Assembly (NCBI RefSeq): GCF_001194135.2
Contig: NC_068981.1
Coordinates: 54,348,571 to 54,412,570 of the forward strand
DNA length: 64,000 bases
Direction: 5' to 3'
From: Octopus bimaculoides
Lineage: Eukaryota
Below, in pieces: positions 41,438 to 54,351 of the stretch. Below the pieces are notes generated by a model. It had not been told where the DNA came from, ran no database searches, and saw only the letters and a list, made by a program, of their open reading frames with translations. Within the stretch, counting starts at the first letter, position 1, and each line of letters begins with the position of its first letter. A program made the translations under genes and the position numbers.

Positions 41438-41491
<54 letters not shown>
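41438..41491. repeat. (GA)27 microsatellite directly preceding a SINE family C head fragment
   Basis: Perfect GA run followed by aagcatgtggtctaatgattagggtg. Confidence 0.92.
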
Positions 41492-41493
<2 letters not shown>

Positions 41494-42715
41494 CATGTGG
41501 TCTAATGATTAGGGTGTTTGGCACTAGAAAGAGAACATCAATGTAAATTAGTAGTTTATATATCTATTGAGTAAACGTTTCTGAAATTATGAGGTTTTCT
41601 TGTTTCTGTTGAAATATTCATTTTTGGAGTGGGGGAGGAAAAATATAATTCAGGTGAGATATGAAGTTCAAAATATCATTTATAATAGTTTTTATAAGAA
41701 AACCAATCTTGACAAATAGTTGAGCAGTTGTCATGGAAATTGTTGCCCAAGAAGGAATCTTTTTTTCTTCTTTTTTTTTGAGAGTCAATTAAATCTGCAG
41801 TGCCTCTTTATTTTTAGTCTGCACTTATTCAGCAGAATGCAAAAACTACACCTGAGTTTTTAAGACTCCACTAGTTTCTTTCACTCACTTTTTACTGAAT
41901 AGCAGAAATCTACTTAAAAAGAATTAGTGTTATATCTTTTCAGTGCTATTTTGTTTGTTTTGTTATGTTTTTTTTTCACAAAGGATGAGAATAAGGAAAA
42001 GTAATAATCTTATAAAAAAGAAAATACCTACTAAAGAAAACACTCATAGAACATTGGAGGCAACATGTGCCATTCTAATCTCAGATTCTGCTTTGGAAGA
42101 ATTCAATTAAAGAAAGCAATGTATTGAATAAAAGGTGAGTGGGGTATAATGAATAGCTGTTATCTTTAGAACTTTCAGCTTAAGCAACCCAAATCCAAAG
42201 AAACATGGGGTGGAGTTTTCTGGGATGAATGGGCCAGCATAGAAATAAAGAAGAATAAAAATCAATATAAATAAAATGGTAATTTAAGAAAGAAGAAAGT
42301 AAAGAACATCAGAGAAAAGTTCTACAGAAATGATGAATTAAAAATGAGTCATTGTTTCGATGCAGCACTATATGTTGGCTAAACTGTCAAAAGCTCACAG
42401 ATTGGCTAATAATCTTATCTTTCTTGCTTTTTAAGTTATCTTATTTTGATATATATTTCTTTTATTAATTACATGCAGTAGTTATATATTTATATATATA
42501 TATATATATATATGCATTTAATGTTGACTGTTTGAAGAGAGTGCTTGATACCATAGTAAAAACTAATGATTATTTTATTTTGATTGAGTTGGTCTCTTGT
42601 CTGAAGAACTGGTGCACACACTGGTGAAACTAAGAGTAGCAAGAGATTAACTTAACCAAAATAATATATGTCATCATCATCATCGTTTAATGTCCACCTT
42701 CCATGCTAGCATGGG

Positions 42716-42769
<54 letters not shown>

Positions 42770-42828
42770 GCATGCGAGTAAAGATAAATACAAAAAAGGT
42801 GTTTTTTTTGTATGATTGTGTATAGAGG

Positions 42829-43178
42829 NNNNNNNNNNNNNNNNNNNNNNNNNNNNNNNNNNNNNNNNNNNNNNNNNNNNNNNNNNNNNNNNNNNNNNNN
42901 NNNNNNNNNNNNNNNNNNNNNNNNNNNNNNNNNNNNNNNNNNNNNNNNNNNNNNNNNNNNNNNNNNNNNNNNNNNNNNNNNNNNNNNNNNNNNNNNNNNN
43001 NNNNNNNNNNNNNNNNNNNNNNNNNNNNNNNNNNNNNNNNNNNNNNNNNNNNNNNNNNNNNNNNNNNNNNNNNNNNNNNNNNNNNNNNNNNNNNNNNNNN
43101 NNNNNNNNNNNNNNNNNNNNNNNNNNNNNNNNNNNNNNNNNNNNNNNNNNNNNNNNNNNNNNNNNNNNNNNNNNNNNN
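42829..43178. other. Assembly gap (350 N)
   Basis: Run of N. Confidence 0.99.
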
Positions 43179-43403
43179 ATATTTATATTTATATATTTGA
43201 TCCTTTATATTGAACACTCAATATTTCATCTACATTCAATACTTTATTTCATGGTGCCATCCATTTTTATTTTATTTTATTTTATATTATATATTGTATA
43301 TTATATTATATATTGTATATTCCATATTCTATACCCCACATTGGTTCTGCAGGAATATAAATAAAACATAAAAAACAGACAGTGTTGGAACTCTTTTAAA
43401 CAA

Positions 43404-43448
<45 letters not shown>

Positions 43449-44635
43449 CGCACACACACACACATATCTTTCTTCTGTCTCTCTGTACACTTCTATTAGC
43501 ATGTGTATATTTGTTTGTGTTCTTTGTTAGTACATATGTGTTCTTTCATGTGTTAATGTGGTGTATGTGTGTGTGTATACATGCTAAGATACACCATATG
43601 TGTACACACAAATATGCAAAATTCTTTAAAGATTGTTCATAGCCATGAAGTGTAGACATACAACAAGACTGCTTTGTAGTTGCTCAGTTTGTTTAATATC
43701 TTCAAAATGGGAAACAGTTTTGATTTGTAGAGCTTTAGGAAGTATGCTCACAATAGAAACAACATAGCTTTGTATTGAGCATCGATCTAACAATTCTTTA
43801 CTGGCTACCTCTGTACTATTGATGCACTAACCATTTATATACAAGTCTGGCAAAAGAAAGCTGACCAGAATACTGAAAAATATTGTATTGGATATGGGTT
43901 AGCTTTCAGTCATTTAGCCTATTATAAATGAAATTGGTATTTATTATTTTATTTATTTTGGAATTAAAAAATTTTTTTTTGCTGCTTTCACAGATTGCCA
44001 TGACTCTGTTGCCATCCAATTCCATTATTATGAATTTGAATTGGGAGCTTTTATTAGCTGATTACACAACCATGGATGCCACCCCTATCAATGTGTTGCA
44101 GTTACTCTCTTGATAGAGCTTGGTGATCATGACTGTTGATCTAGGATTTCTCTACTCAGCACAAATGTAAGAAGCACCATTGGCTTAGTTGAACTCTTCT
44201 GCTACTTCTTCACAATCCACCATGCTGCAGTACCATGACTTTTCTGTATCCCTGTCAGGGTGGCTGAACAGGTGCTATGCCTAGCCAAAGAGCAACTCAT
44301 AACTATGCAGGAATTTAAACTGATATTTATGGATGGATAAAATCATTCCATTACAATTATCTTTCTTTAATGAAGGAAATGGCAATTTCTGAAACAATAG
44401 GGAAGATTTTGTTGTATATTTAATACCTAGATATTTGGAAGTAGCAAAAATGTAATAAAAATTAAGGGGTAAAAATATTTCTCTTGGTGACTGATGTAAT
44501 ATCAAAAGACCTAAAATGATTGTATGTAAGAAGAGGAATCAAATAATTGAGGACCTCTTTAGATAAGAATCTCAATCATTTATTATAATATTGGCCACAG
44601 TATGTTGGCTTTGTATTATATTATCAATAATTTTA

Positions 44636-44978
44636 TAGGTGCAGATATGGCTGTGTGGTTAAGAAGTTTACTTTGAAACATGTGGTTTTGGGTTCAGTTA
44701 GGTGTCTTCTACTATAGCTCCAGGCTGACGAACACCTTGTGAGGGAATTTGGTGTGGAAGCCTGCCGTGTGTGTGTGTGTTTGTGTTTGTCCCCTGTAAC
44801 CACTTGACAGCCAGTGTTGGTTCGTTTGCATCGCCATAACTTGGTGGTTTGGTAAAAGAGGCTGATAGAATAGGTACCAGATTTAAAAATAAAGTTCTGG
44901 TGTTGATTTGTTTAACTAAACTCTTCAGTATTTTGCACCAGCATGGCCACAGTCCAATGACTAAAACAAGTAAAAGAT
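44636..44978 (+). mobile_element. SINE family A, near full length
   Basis: taggtgcagatatggctgtgtggttaagaag ... gcatggccacagtccaatgactaaaacaagtaaaag. Confidence 0.85.
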
Positions 44979-45174
44979 ATTGCGGCAGTATACAATAAAT
45001 AAATGTGACTGATATATTAATCAGAAGATGGTTTCCATTCCAAAGTAGTTAATAATATCTAGCTTTGTTATCAAGGAACGTAATTACTGAGAATTGTTAT
45101 TAACTAGATAGCGTGAAGTACAAATGGTTTTATTTAGTTTAATTCAATGACTGTGTTAATGTGTATAGATCATA

Positions 45175-46430
45175 TCTTTCTTTTACTTGTTTAAGTCATT
45201 AGACTGTGACCATGCTGGGGTACTGCCTTGAAGAATTTTTAGTCAAATGAATTGGCCTCAGTACTTATTTTTTTCTAAGCCTGGTACTTATTCTATCAGT
45301 TCTTTTGCCGAATTGCTAAGTTACAGGGATGTACGAGGTCTGATCAATAAGTATCCAGACTGTTGCCATAGTAATGAAGCTAAAGCATGCAGAGTGAAGC
45401 TGCTAAGCACAAATTGACCATGAACTCTGTTGTGCATGCGCACTAAGTTTTAGCATTCTAGCTCACTTCCACTGTTTACGACAGTCCTTGGAAGGAAGGT
45501 GTGTAGTGTGTGATCGTCGCATTGACCATGACAGAGCAAGTTGTCATGGTGATACTAACTGCTCAGAGGACTGTGCAAAGTTGTAGAGAGCGTATGGAGA
45601 GGAGTGTACGAGAGGTTCAGACATTTCCAAGATGTCCAAAAAAATGTTGATATTGATGAACGTTCTGAGAGACTCGCAACTAGCAGAAGTGAGAAAAACA
45701 TCACAGATGTGTGTGCAGCTGTGAGGGGAAATCATGGAATCATCATCCATGAGTTTTCAGAGGATGTGAAGATTAGTTATGGTTCAGTTCAGATCATTAT
45801 CACTGAAGATTTGAGTATGAGACGCATGTCTGCCAAGTTTGTGCCAAAACTGCTTTCAACTGACCAAAAAGATACTTGAGGTTTCAGTTGCACAAGATCT
45901 CCTTGATTGTGTTGAGAACGATAAAAACTTTTTGAAAACTTTGCATAGGCCGCTGAGCAGGTATCACCAAGCTTTTGGCAAAATTTGATGGAGATTTTCT
46001 GCTCAACTTCCTCTGTTGTGGTCAATATGATGATAACACTCTACACACCTTCCTTCTGAGCACTGCTGTAAACAGTGGAAGCGAGTTAGAACATTAAAAA
46101 TTAGTGTGCATGCACAGCAGAGTTCAAGGTCAATCTGTTTCAAGCAGCTTCACTCTGCATGCTTTAGTTTCATTACTATGGTAACAGTCTGGATACTTAT
46201 CGATCAGACCATGTAAACACATCAACACCATTTGTCAAATGGTGATGGGGGACAAATACAGACACAGAGACACTCACATGCAAATATACAGGTGTTGGAC
46301 AAAATAATGGAAACACCTTAAAATTTCAAACACACACACATATGTATATATGCACATGCACACGTGACAGGCTTCTTTCAGTTTCCATCTACCATTTCCA
46401 CTTACAAAGCTTTGGTCAGCCTCACAAGGA
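45175..46430 (-). mobile_element. SINE family A split by a mariner insertion (halves 45175-45333 and 46214-46430)
   Basis: Joining the halves gives gctaagttacagggatgTAaacacatcaacacc, matching the uninterrupted copy at ~53815-53845 (gctaagttacggggatgtaaacacaccagc). Confidence 0.85.
45334..46213. mobile_element. Fold-back mariner derivative: two inverted 5' ends around an N-terminal transposase fragment
   Basis: 45334-45582 is the reverse complement of about 45937-46213. The spacer encodes RFRHFQDVQKNVDIDERS..MRRMSAKFVPKLL. The minus arm encodes EEVEQKISIKFCQKLGDTCSAAYAK. TA on both sides (45332-33, 46214-15). Confidence 0.92.
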
Positions 46431-48709
46431 TATGGTGACGATATCACTGTCATGCAAGCAGTGTACTTCATTCCCAATCTTGTCTGGAAAACATGCCAAA
46501 CCATGGGAAAATATTACCTTATTTGGAAACAGGTTAGTGTTGGCTAAAGGAAGGGAATCCAGCCGTAGAAAAATTACCTCAACAAATTCTACCCAACCCA
46601 TATGAGCATGGTAAAGTAGATGTGGCAGCGACTGCTGCTGCTTCATCATATGCTTATTAATATAGTGTATATAATGTGTTTATGTTTACAAGTATTAATA
46701 CAAACTACTCTTTGAAAGATGCTAAATTGTGGAGTTCATATCTTGTCTCTCGTTTGGACATTTAATTCTTTATCTCATTTTGCTTTGGTTTTAGTGAATA
46801 GTTTCTGGATGCTGTGCTTATGTAATCTGTGGTAGACTAGCATCTTATTCAAAGGAAGATTTATCATTCCTCTGTTTAATGCTACAGAGTCTGAAATTAA
46901 GCATAAACTTTATAAACCTCTGATTTTCTGGTCATATTATTATATAATCTCCTCACACCAGCCATTAGTACGGAATTGTCATTAAAAATGATTCTGTTCT
47001 ATGGGCTTATTACTGAACTTTTATTATTATGGCAGCTTTAAAAACAATGATGAATTTATGATGCAAGGGCAAACTAACATTATCTATTGATCTTGGAAAA
47101 AAAAATTCTTTCCCTTGATTAAATTGTACAAATTATGCCATATGTAGTGAGGATGATAGGGAAAACAGTTGACTGTCTTTAAAGTCTTCAGATCTTGGTA
47201 GACTGTACTGTTTATATATCCAATGTAATTTTGTTGTTATTAGATAAGAAATTATAGAAACACTGTGCACATATGCATGTATGTGCACTTGGGGGCTTGG
47301 AAGTAAGAAGTAATTATGTATGAAGAAATAAGCTTGATGTTAAAGGAAATATGAATGGATTAATGTTGAATAAACAGAAAGATGAAAGATGTATGTTGTT
47401 GACATAATTGGTGTGAATTAAACTAAGAAAATATAGCATGTGGTGAGAGACTGCATGATTTTGCAGCAACAACTCCACATCAAAGTAGAATAGAGAAAGA
47501 TACTTTTATCAGACTTCAAAATGCAAACAGAAACTTTAGAAGAGCAATGATTATTAACTCCACACTAACTGAGAAGATAGTGTAAATTATGCCAGAATTT
47601 AGTTTGTGTGTAAGTAGAAGTCTGGCTGAAGTGATACAGATACTGTGTAATTCTGTTAGAAATGTCTATATCAAGGGTATCAACTTAAAATTCCATATCA
47701 CAGAAAAAAGTGTTAGAATTCAGAGTAAAAAGTTTGACCAAGAATATTTTTGTTAACTTAAAATATATTGGTGGAGGAAAAGATTGCTGTTTGATAATTT
47801 TATAAAGAAGAATGAAAATAAAGTTATATTTACTGAGATTAGCATCTGATAATCAAATAAATCTTATGTGGAGGAAAGTAAATTATATGAATATTTCTCC
47901 ATGTTCAAAGACAAGGCTTTTGATGTTACTATATATTTTAACGTGTAAAATAACCTTTATGATAGTGGATTCATAGGTACAAGTATGTAAAGAGAAATGT
48001 ATGAAGATAAGTTGGAACTGAAAATGGGAGTGTTGAAGATAGTAATGGTAGCATCTGTAGAATTATTTGTGTTGCAGTAGTAGCTGAGAAAGATTCTACT
48101 GAGATAAAAAGGATTCTGTTGTGTTGTGGAGATAAAAAGAAGTGTATTTTTGTAGTGAATTTGTATAAAAGGAAGTGGGACAAGTGAAAATGTCAACCAG
48201 TGATGTAAGAGAGTGGATGTATGATTTTCTAGCTTACAGGGTAACCAGATAAAGTTAGCTGTAAAATATTTACTAGGGTCACTGGATCAGATTTCAGGTT
48301 TCAGTTTTACTTTATTGATAGCTTTTGGAATTCTTTTACAAATGCTCACTTACATACATGTGTGACCATACACATACACACTTCTGTCTCTCTCTCCTGC
48401 TCTCCACCCCCTCTCTCAATTATTCAGAAAAGCTTATACTTTGTGTAGTGTATGTACAGTGTTTGCACATGTGCAGTACACTTATATTTACACATGATGT
48501 TCATCTCAGCACAAAACTTCAAATTTTGTGTAGTAGTATAGTTGATGAGTTTGATCCTCCCTACCTAATTAGTACTTATTCTATTGACCCAAGAAGGGTA
48601 AAAAGCAAAACTACCCATACCAGGATTTGAACTCAGAATGTAAAGGAACACTCTAAATACAACAAATCATTTTATTGACTCCCCTACCAATTCTGCCATA
48701 TTCTTTTAT

Positions 48710-49270
48710 TCTTCAACTTGTTTCAGTCATTGGACTGTGGCCATACTGGGGCACCACTTTAAAAGGTCAAATAAATCCACCCCAGTACTTTTTTTTTAAA
48801 GTTTGGTACTTATTCTATCAGATTCTTTTGCTGTGCTGATGCCACATAAAAAGCACCCAGTCCATGCTGTAAAGTGGTTGGTGTTAGGAAAGGCATCCAG
48901 CTGTAGAAACCATGCCACAACAGACAAATGGAGCCTGGTGTAGCTCTCCAGCTTACCAGCTCCTGTCAAACCATCCAAAGCCATGTCAGTATGGAAAATG
49001 GACATTAAAAGATGATGAGAAACCACTAAGTTACAGGAACATAAACAAACCAAAACCAGTTGTCAAGCGGTAGTGGGAATAAACAAAATTACATGCACAC
49101 ACACACACAATGAGCTTCCACATAGTTTCCGTCTACTAAATTTCCTTACAATGCATTGAACTGTCTCAGGCTCTGGTAAAAGACACTTGCCCAAGGTGCT
49201 GCTCAGTGGGACTGAAATCAAATTGTTGTGGCTGTAAAGAGACCTTCTTAACCACACAGCCATGCCTAAT
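48710..49270 (-). mobile_element. SINE family A interrupted by a + strand RTE tail (~48840-49020)
   Basis: SINE tail at 48710-48835 and body/head at 49020-49270. The intervening ggcatccagctgtagaaaccatgcc..gacattaaaagatgatga is the RTE 3' end. Confidence 0.75.
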
Positions 49271-49470
49271 TTTAATTCCTAACACTGGTACATTGTCATA
49301 AATTTTGATCTCAGAATTTGACTGGTATTTAACTTTATTGAATGGACTGTGGAATGGAAAAAGACAAAAGCTGGAATTTGAAATTAGAATCAGACTATAA
49401 AAGACTAAGACTAAATACTGTAAGACACTTTGTCTAACATTCCAATGGTTCTGCTTATCCACCACCTTAA

Positions 49471-49666
49471 TCCTTTAGCATCAAAACTACCCAATTTAAG
49501 TTCAAATTGGCTGGATCTGGCCTCTTGCATCTACCCTATAATGTCATTCTAAAAATAGGCAATCATATCATCAAAATCTTCAAGTTGCAAGATAGGGCCT
49601 GATTAATTCAAAATAACGGGAGTAAATAAGTTTAACATTTGACAGAGTAATCTAAATGCTAAAGGG
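49471..49666. mobile_element. piggyBac-type MITE, 196 bp
   Basis: ttaa|tcctttagcat ... atgctaaaggg|ttaa (TTAA duplication and 11-bp TIR with one mismatch). Confidence 0.88.
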
Positions 49667-50314
49667 TTAAATATAACAGTGAAAATAAAATATACTGAAA
49701 CATCTTAGAATGAAAAAAATTGCCATTAAACAGACTAGAAGGCAATCAAATTTACAAACATGATATACTGTTTAAATTCTTTTATATAAGAAATAATAGA
49801 CTGGTACCTCAATTTTCAACTTTTTGTCTCTCTACAACATTATTACTGACTCATACATCAAGAGATCTTAATAATCTATTTGATGTATATCAGAGAAGTT
49901 ATCTTGATAAATCTTTTCAAACATGAAAAATGTTTGGTTATAGTGGATTAAACTTGATAACTTTAAAATTTTCATTATGACTGCTTGTTATCTAACTAGA
50001 TTAAACTAGATAACTTTGAAAGCATCCTAATTTAAATATGAAATATTCTCATGTTTGTGCCTGTTGGCATGGCTGCATGGTAAAGAGGTGCAATTTGAAA
50101 CCACGCAGTTCCCGATTTGCACAAGTGTGTTACATTTTAGCCTTGGTCTTACCAGTACCTTGGGAGAGAAATTAAAACCATTTAAACATAATTTATGATA
50201 TTTTATGTATGATTGAATTATAATGATATGATCTTACCAATTCCTATCTTCTGGAAACACTTTGATAAGTATCAGGCAAAAATACTGGGGTCAGTATAAC
50301 TGTCAGTGTCAGTT

Positions 50315-50432
50315 ATGACGATGTTTCAGTCGATCAGATTAACTGAAGAGCCTGCTCATGAAATTAATGTGCAAGTGGCTGAGCACTCTACAGACATGCA
50401 TACCTTTAATGTAGTTCTCATGGAGATTCAGC
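50315..50432 (-). mobile_element. SINE family D fragment
   Basis: gcctgctcatgaaattaatgtgcaagtggctgagcactctacagac matches 24694-24740 with CpG decay. Confidence 0.8.
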
Positions 50433-50434
50433 TT

Positions 50435-50990
50435 GAAACAGGACACTCTGAGAGTGTAGTAGCTAGAATAAGAATAGCCTGGGCAAAGTTGAGAGAGCTT
50501 CTACCTCTGCTGGCAAGCAAGGGCTTCTCGCTCAAGATGAAAGGTAGACTGTATGATGCATGTGTGCGAACTGCCATGCTACACAGCAGTGAAACATGGG
50601 CCATGACTGCTGAGGACATGCATAGGCTTGAAAGAAATGAAGCTAGTCTGATCCACTGGATGTGTAATGTCAGTGTGCATGCACAACAAAATGTGAGTGC
50701 TCTGAGAGAAAAGTTGGACATAAGAAGCAGGAAATGTGGTGTGCAAGAGAGACAATTATGCTGGTATGGTCATGTGTTACATATAGATGAGGACAGGTGT
50801 GTGAGGAAGTGCCACACCCTAACTATGGAAGGAACCTGTGGAAGAGGTAGACCCAAGAGGACATGGGATAAGGTGGTGAAGCATGATCTTTGAACATTGG
50901 GCCTCACAGATGCAATGACAGGAGATTGAGACCTTTGGAGATATGCTGTGGTTGAGAAGACTCAGCAACTAAAGTGAGATTGCAGCCATG
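50435..50990 (+). mobile_element. RTE LINE ORF2 C-terminal (post-RT) fragment
   Basis: SESVVARIRIAWAKLRELLPLL..KGRLYDACVRTAMLHSSETW..LCWYGHVLHIDEDRCVRKC..GRGRPKRTWDKVVKHDL. Confidence 0.92.
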
Positions 50991-52397
50991 GCCGATGCCA
51001 GTGTTGAATGTCCAGGTGACTGTTGGAGACAGGAAGACCTTCTGACTGAAAAAATTCTATCTTACCCATGCAACTATGGAAAAGTGGATGTTAAATAATA
51101 ATAATTGATGATGCTGACATCAAGGAAGAGGAGAATGATGATGATATTGCCACCACTACCTTCTTCTTCATCATCATCATTATCCTCATTGCTTTAATAT
51201 CTGCTTTTCTATGCTAGAATAGGTTAGGCAAAACTTATTGAAACAATTGTTCAATGGCTGAGTACCCCTTGCCTGAATTTGGAAATTGTTGTATTATTAT
51301 GCATCAGATTGGATTAGAAAATTTTGATCTGTGATAGACTGGCATCCCACCTGAGAGGAGGTTTGTTTAATTTTTACATCATCACATGAACTAGAATTCA
51401 GTAGCGGCTTGGTGCATTGTGTTATGTTTGGAATTATTGTATTTCTACTAAAAATATTCTCTACTTATGAATGAAAGCTAGGAGGAATAATGATATTTGT
51501 GAAAATGAGCTGAGTATAAATATTCACTCTTCTTTTCAGCATGCACGCACGCATGCAGAGAGAGAGAGAGAGAGAGAATAAATAAAATCATCAATAACAG
51601 CAATAACAACAATTTTATCTATTTGATGTACTCACTGCAATAGTAATAAGAATATAATGCTTATAGTACAGAATGTTTACTTTTGATAAGTCAATAAAAA
51701 TATGTTTGTTTGTGTGCTAATATTTATGCATGTGGGTAGCTTTAACACCAGATGGTGAATTATTATTAGAGTGTAGTACAGTTTGCTTTTACTCAGAAGC
51801 ATATGTTTTATTAGCAACCTCAAGTTTTGTCAGTTGCAGAATTCTATGTGTGTGTTTCATGGCTTATTCATATTATTAATATTATCCATTTCATCAAAAA
51901 CCATGCCAAAACAGACACAGAAACATGGGGTAGGCAGGAACCTGCCCAACTTCTGTCAAACTGTCCAACCCATGCCAGCATGGAAGGGAGGATGTTAAAC
52001 AATAATGATGACCACCACTGACATTATTTTTACATCTGCTTTTTTCTTTCTATGTCATTGGATGAAATAAAATTGTCATGCATAATGACATTTTTATATT
52101 TTGCTTGACCCTATCACAGAAATCATAAGCTCCATATTCTTTATAACAACAATCTCTATTACCTTGTAATTATAGAGTTGAGGCATTTTTGTCACATTCT
52201 AACTACCAATGCAATAAATTACTTTTGCTACTCCAAAACGAAAGGGTTTGTCTGATATGTACAGCACTGGTCCTGTTTACATGTTCTCATTTTTTAAATG
52301 GTAATTAAACTACTTGTACACTATAGACAAATTTGTTGCAGAATATTTTAAAATCAAATTGGAAGAATCTAATCTAATGAATAATTATAAATAATTG

Positions 52398-52772
52398 TAG
52401 AGGTAGGCATGGCTGTAGTGTGAAAAAACTTGCTTTGTAACCACATGGTTTTGGTTTCAGTTTCACTGTGCAGCACCTTGGCAAGTGTCTTCTGTCATAG
52501 CCTGAAGCTGACCAATGCTTTGTGAGTGAATTTGGTAGAAGGAAACTGTGTAGAAACCTATTTAGTGTGTGTTTGTATGTGTGTTCCTCTCTTCACTGTT
52601 TGGCAACTGATGCTGGTTTGCTTACATCCCTTTAACTTACATATTTTGCAAAAGAAACTGATAAAATAAGTACCAGACTTCAAAAATATGTGCTAGGTTT
52701 GGTTAGTTCTAAACTCTTCAAGATAGTCTCCCAACATGGCCACAGGCCAATGACTAACGTAAGTAAAAGATA
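52398..52772 (+). mobile_element. SINE family A, near full length
   Basis: Head ggtaggcatggctg..aaccacatgg, core caccttggcaagtgtcttct, tail catggccacaggccaatgac..agtaaaaga. Confidence 0.8.
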
Positions 52773-53674
52773 AATTACAATTATAGCCTTATATATTTCT
52801 GGAGAAACAGTTATAAGAGTAGTTCTTAACTAAAAGCAAACTACATTGCATTTGTTGATCTGAAAAAAAAAAAAGAAAAAGAAACCCTGTAACAAATTCT
52901 CAGAAACTGTATTTTTTTGGTTGCTATATAGCTATGTGAATGTATTGTAGGGGAATTTAGGCAATGCGCAAGGGGACACAAACAATATTAGGATTGACAG
53001 TAATCAGTGGGAAATTTAGTGTACCGGTGAAAGTGCTTTGGGACTTTGTCTTAAGTCTCTGGATTTACATATTCAGCAATTATTGTCTATAAGACACTTA
53101 ATGCACTGATGACTAGGCTACCATTGCAGACTTTATCCAAAAATATCAAAAAAGACCAAAACATGGAAACAGTCTAGAGCAAAAATGTCTTAAGATAGAT
53201 GTGGTCAAGTCTAAAGTTTGAGCTAGCAGGAGAGAACAGAATGACTTAGTGTTACATTCTTGTAAAACCAGATAGTTTTGCATCAGAGTTAGTCTCAGAT
53301 GAATTTGCATCAAAAGAGTTTATGCAATAGAGTGCAAGGACTAGTTGACTTCAAAAGTAGCTATGAATTATTATTATTACTTTTTTTTTTTATTACAAGA
53401 TTTCTGTTGGAATATATATAGCCAGTGTTTCAATTAATTTAGAATGTAACAGAAAGTTTTGTTAAATTACCTTGTTATTAAAATGGCGTTTGGGACATAA
53501 ATTAACAGGAAATTTTGAGAGCTTTTAATTTAGATCACTTTAAAACAGAGTTTGTATCATAGAAATAAAGATGGTTTTGAACAGGTTGGTATCAAAAGGA
53601 TTAAAAAACATGACTTTAGCTCTCTCTGTGTATGTGTATTTGCATGAGTGTACACACACACACACATATCACAT

Positions 53675-54152
53675 TACTCTCTTTTTTACTCTTTTACTTG
53701 TTTCAGTCATTTGACTGTGGCCATGCTGGAGCACCGCCTTTAGTCGGGCAAGTTGACCCCAGGACTTATTCTTTGTAAGCCTAGTACTTATTCTATCGGT
53801 CTTTTGCTGAACTGCTAAGTTACGGGGATGTAAACACACCAGCATCGGTTGTCAAGCAATGTTGCGGGGGACAAACACAGACACACATGCTAGCATGGAA
53901 GGCGGACGTTAAATGATGATGATGATGATGATATATTCTTTTATTCTTTTATTTGTTTCAGTCATTTAACTGTAGCCATGCTGGAGCACTACCTTAAGTC
54001 GAGCAAATTGACCCTAGGACTTATTCTTTGTAAGCCTAGTACTTATTCTATCGGTCTCTTTTGCCAGATCGCTAAGTTACGGAGATATAAACACACCAAC
54101 ATCGGTTGTCAAGAGATGATGGGGTACAAACACAGATACGCAAACATATATA

Positions 54153-54188
<36 letters not shown>

Positions 54189-54351
54189 GTACATACAATG
54201 GGCTTCTTTCAGTTCCCATCTACTTAATCCACTCACAAGGCTTTGGTTGGTCTGAGACTATAGTAGAAGCCACTTGCCACACAGTGAAACTGAATCCGGA
54301 ACCTTGTGGTTGGTGAGCAAGCTACTTACCACACAGTTACTCCTGCACCTA
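53675..54351 (-). mobile_element. Two tandem SINE family A copies (53675-53885 partial; 53935-54351 near full) separated by a + strand RTE tail (53886-53932)
   Basis: Repeated tttcagtcattt.actg..gccatgctggagcac..agtacttattctatcggtc. The spacer is catgctagcatggaaggcggacgttaaa(tga)n. Confidence 0.85.

Noticed and set aside
43990-44310. Possible LINE or Ty3/gypsy RT remnant
   Set aside because: Motif resemblances on either strand were too weak and out of order to call.
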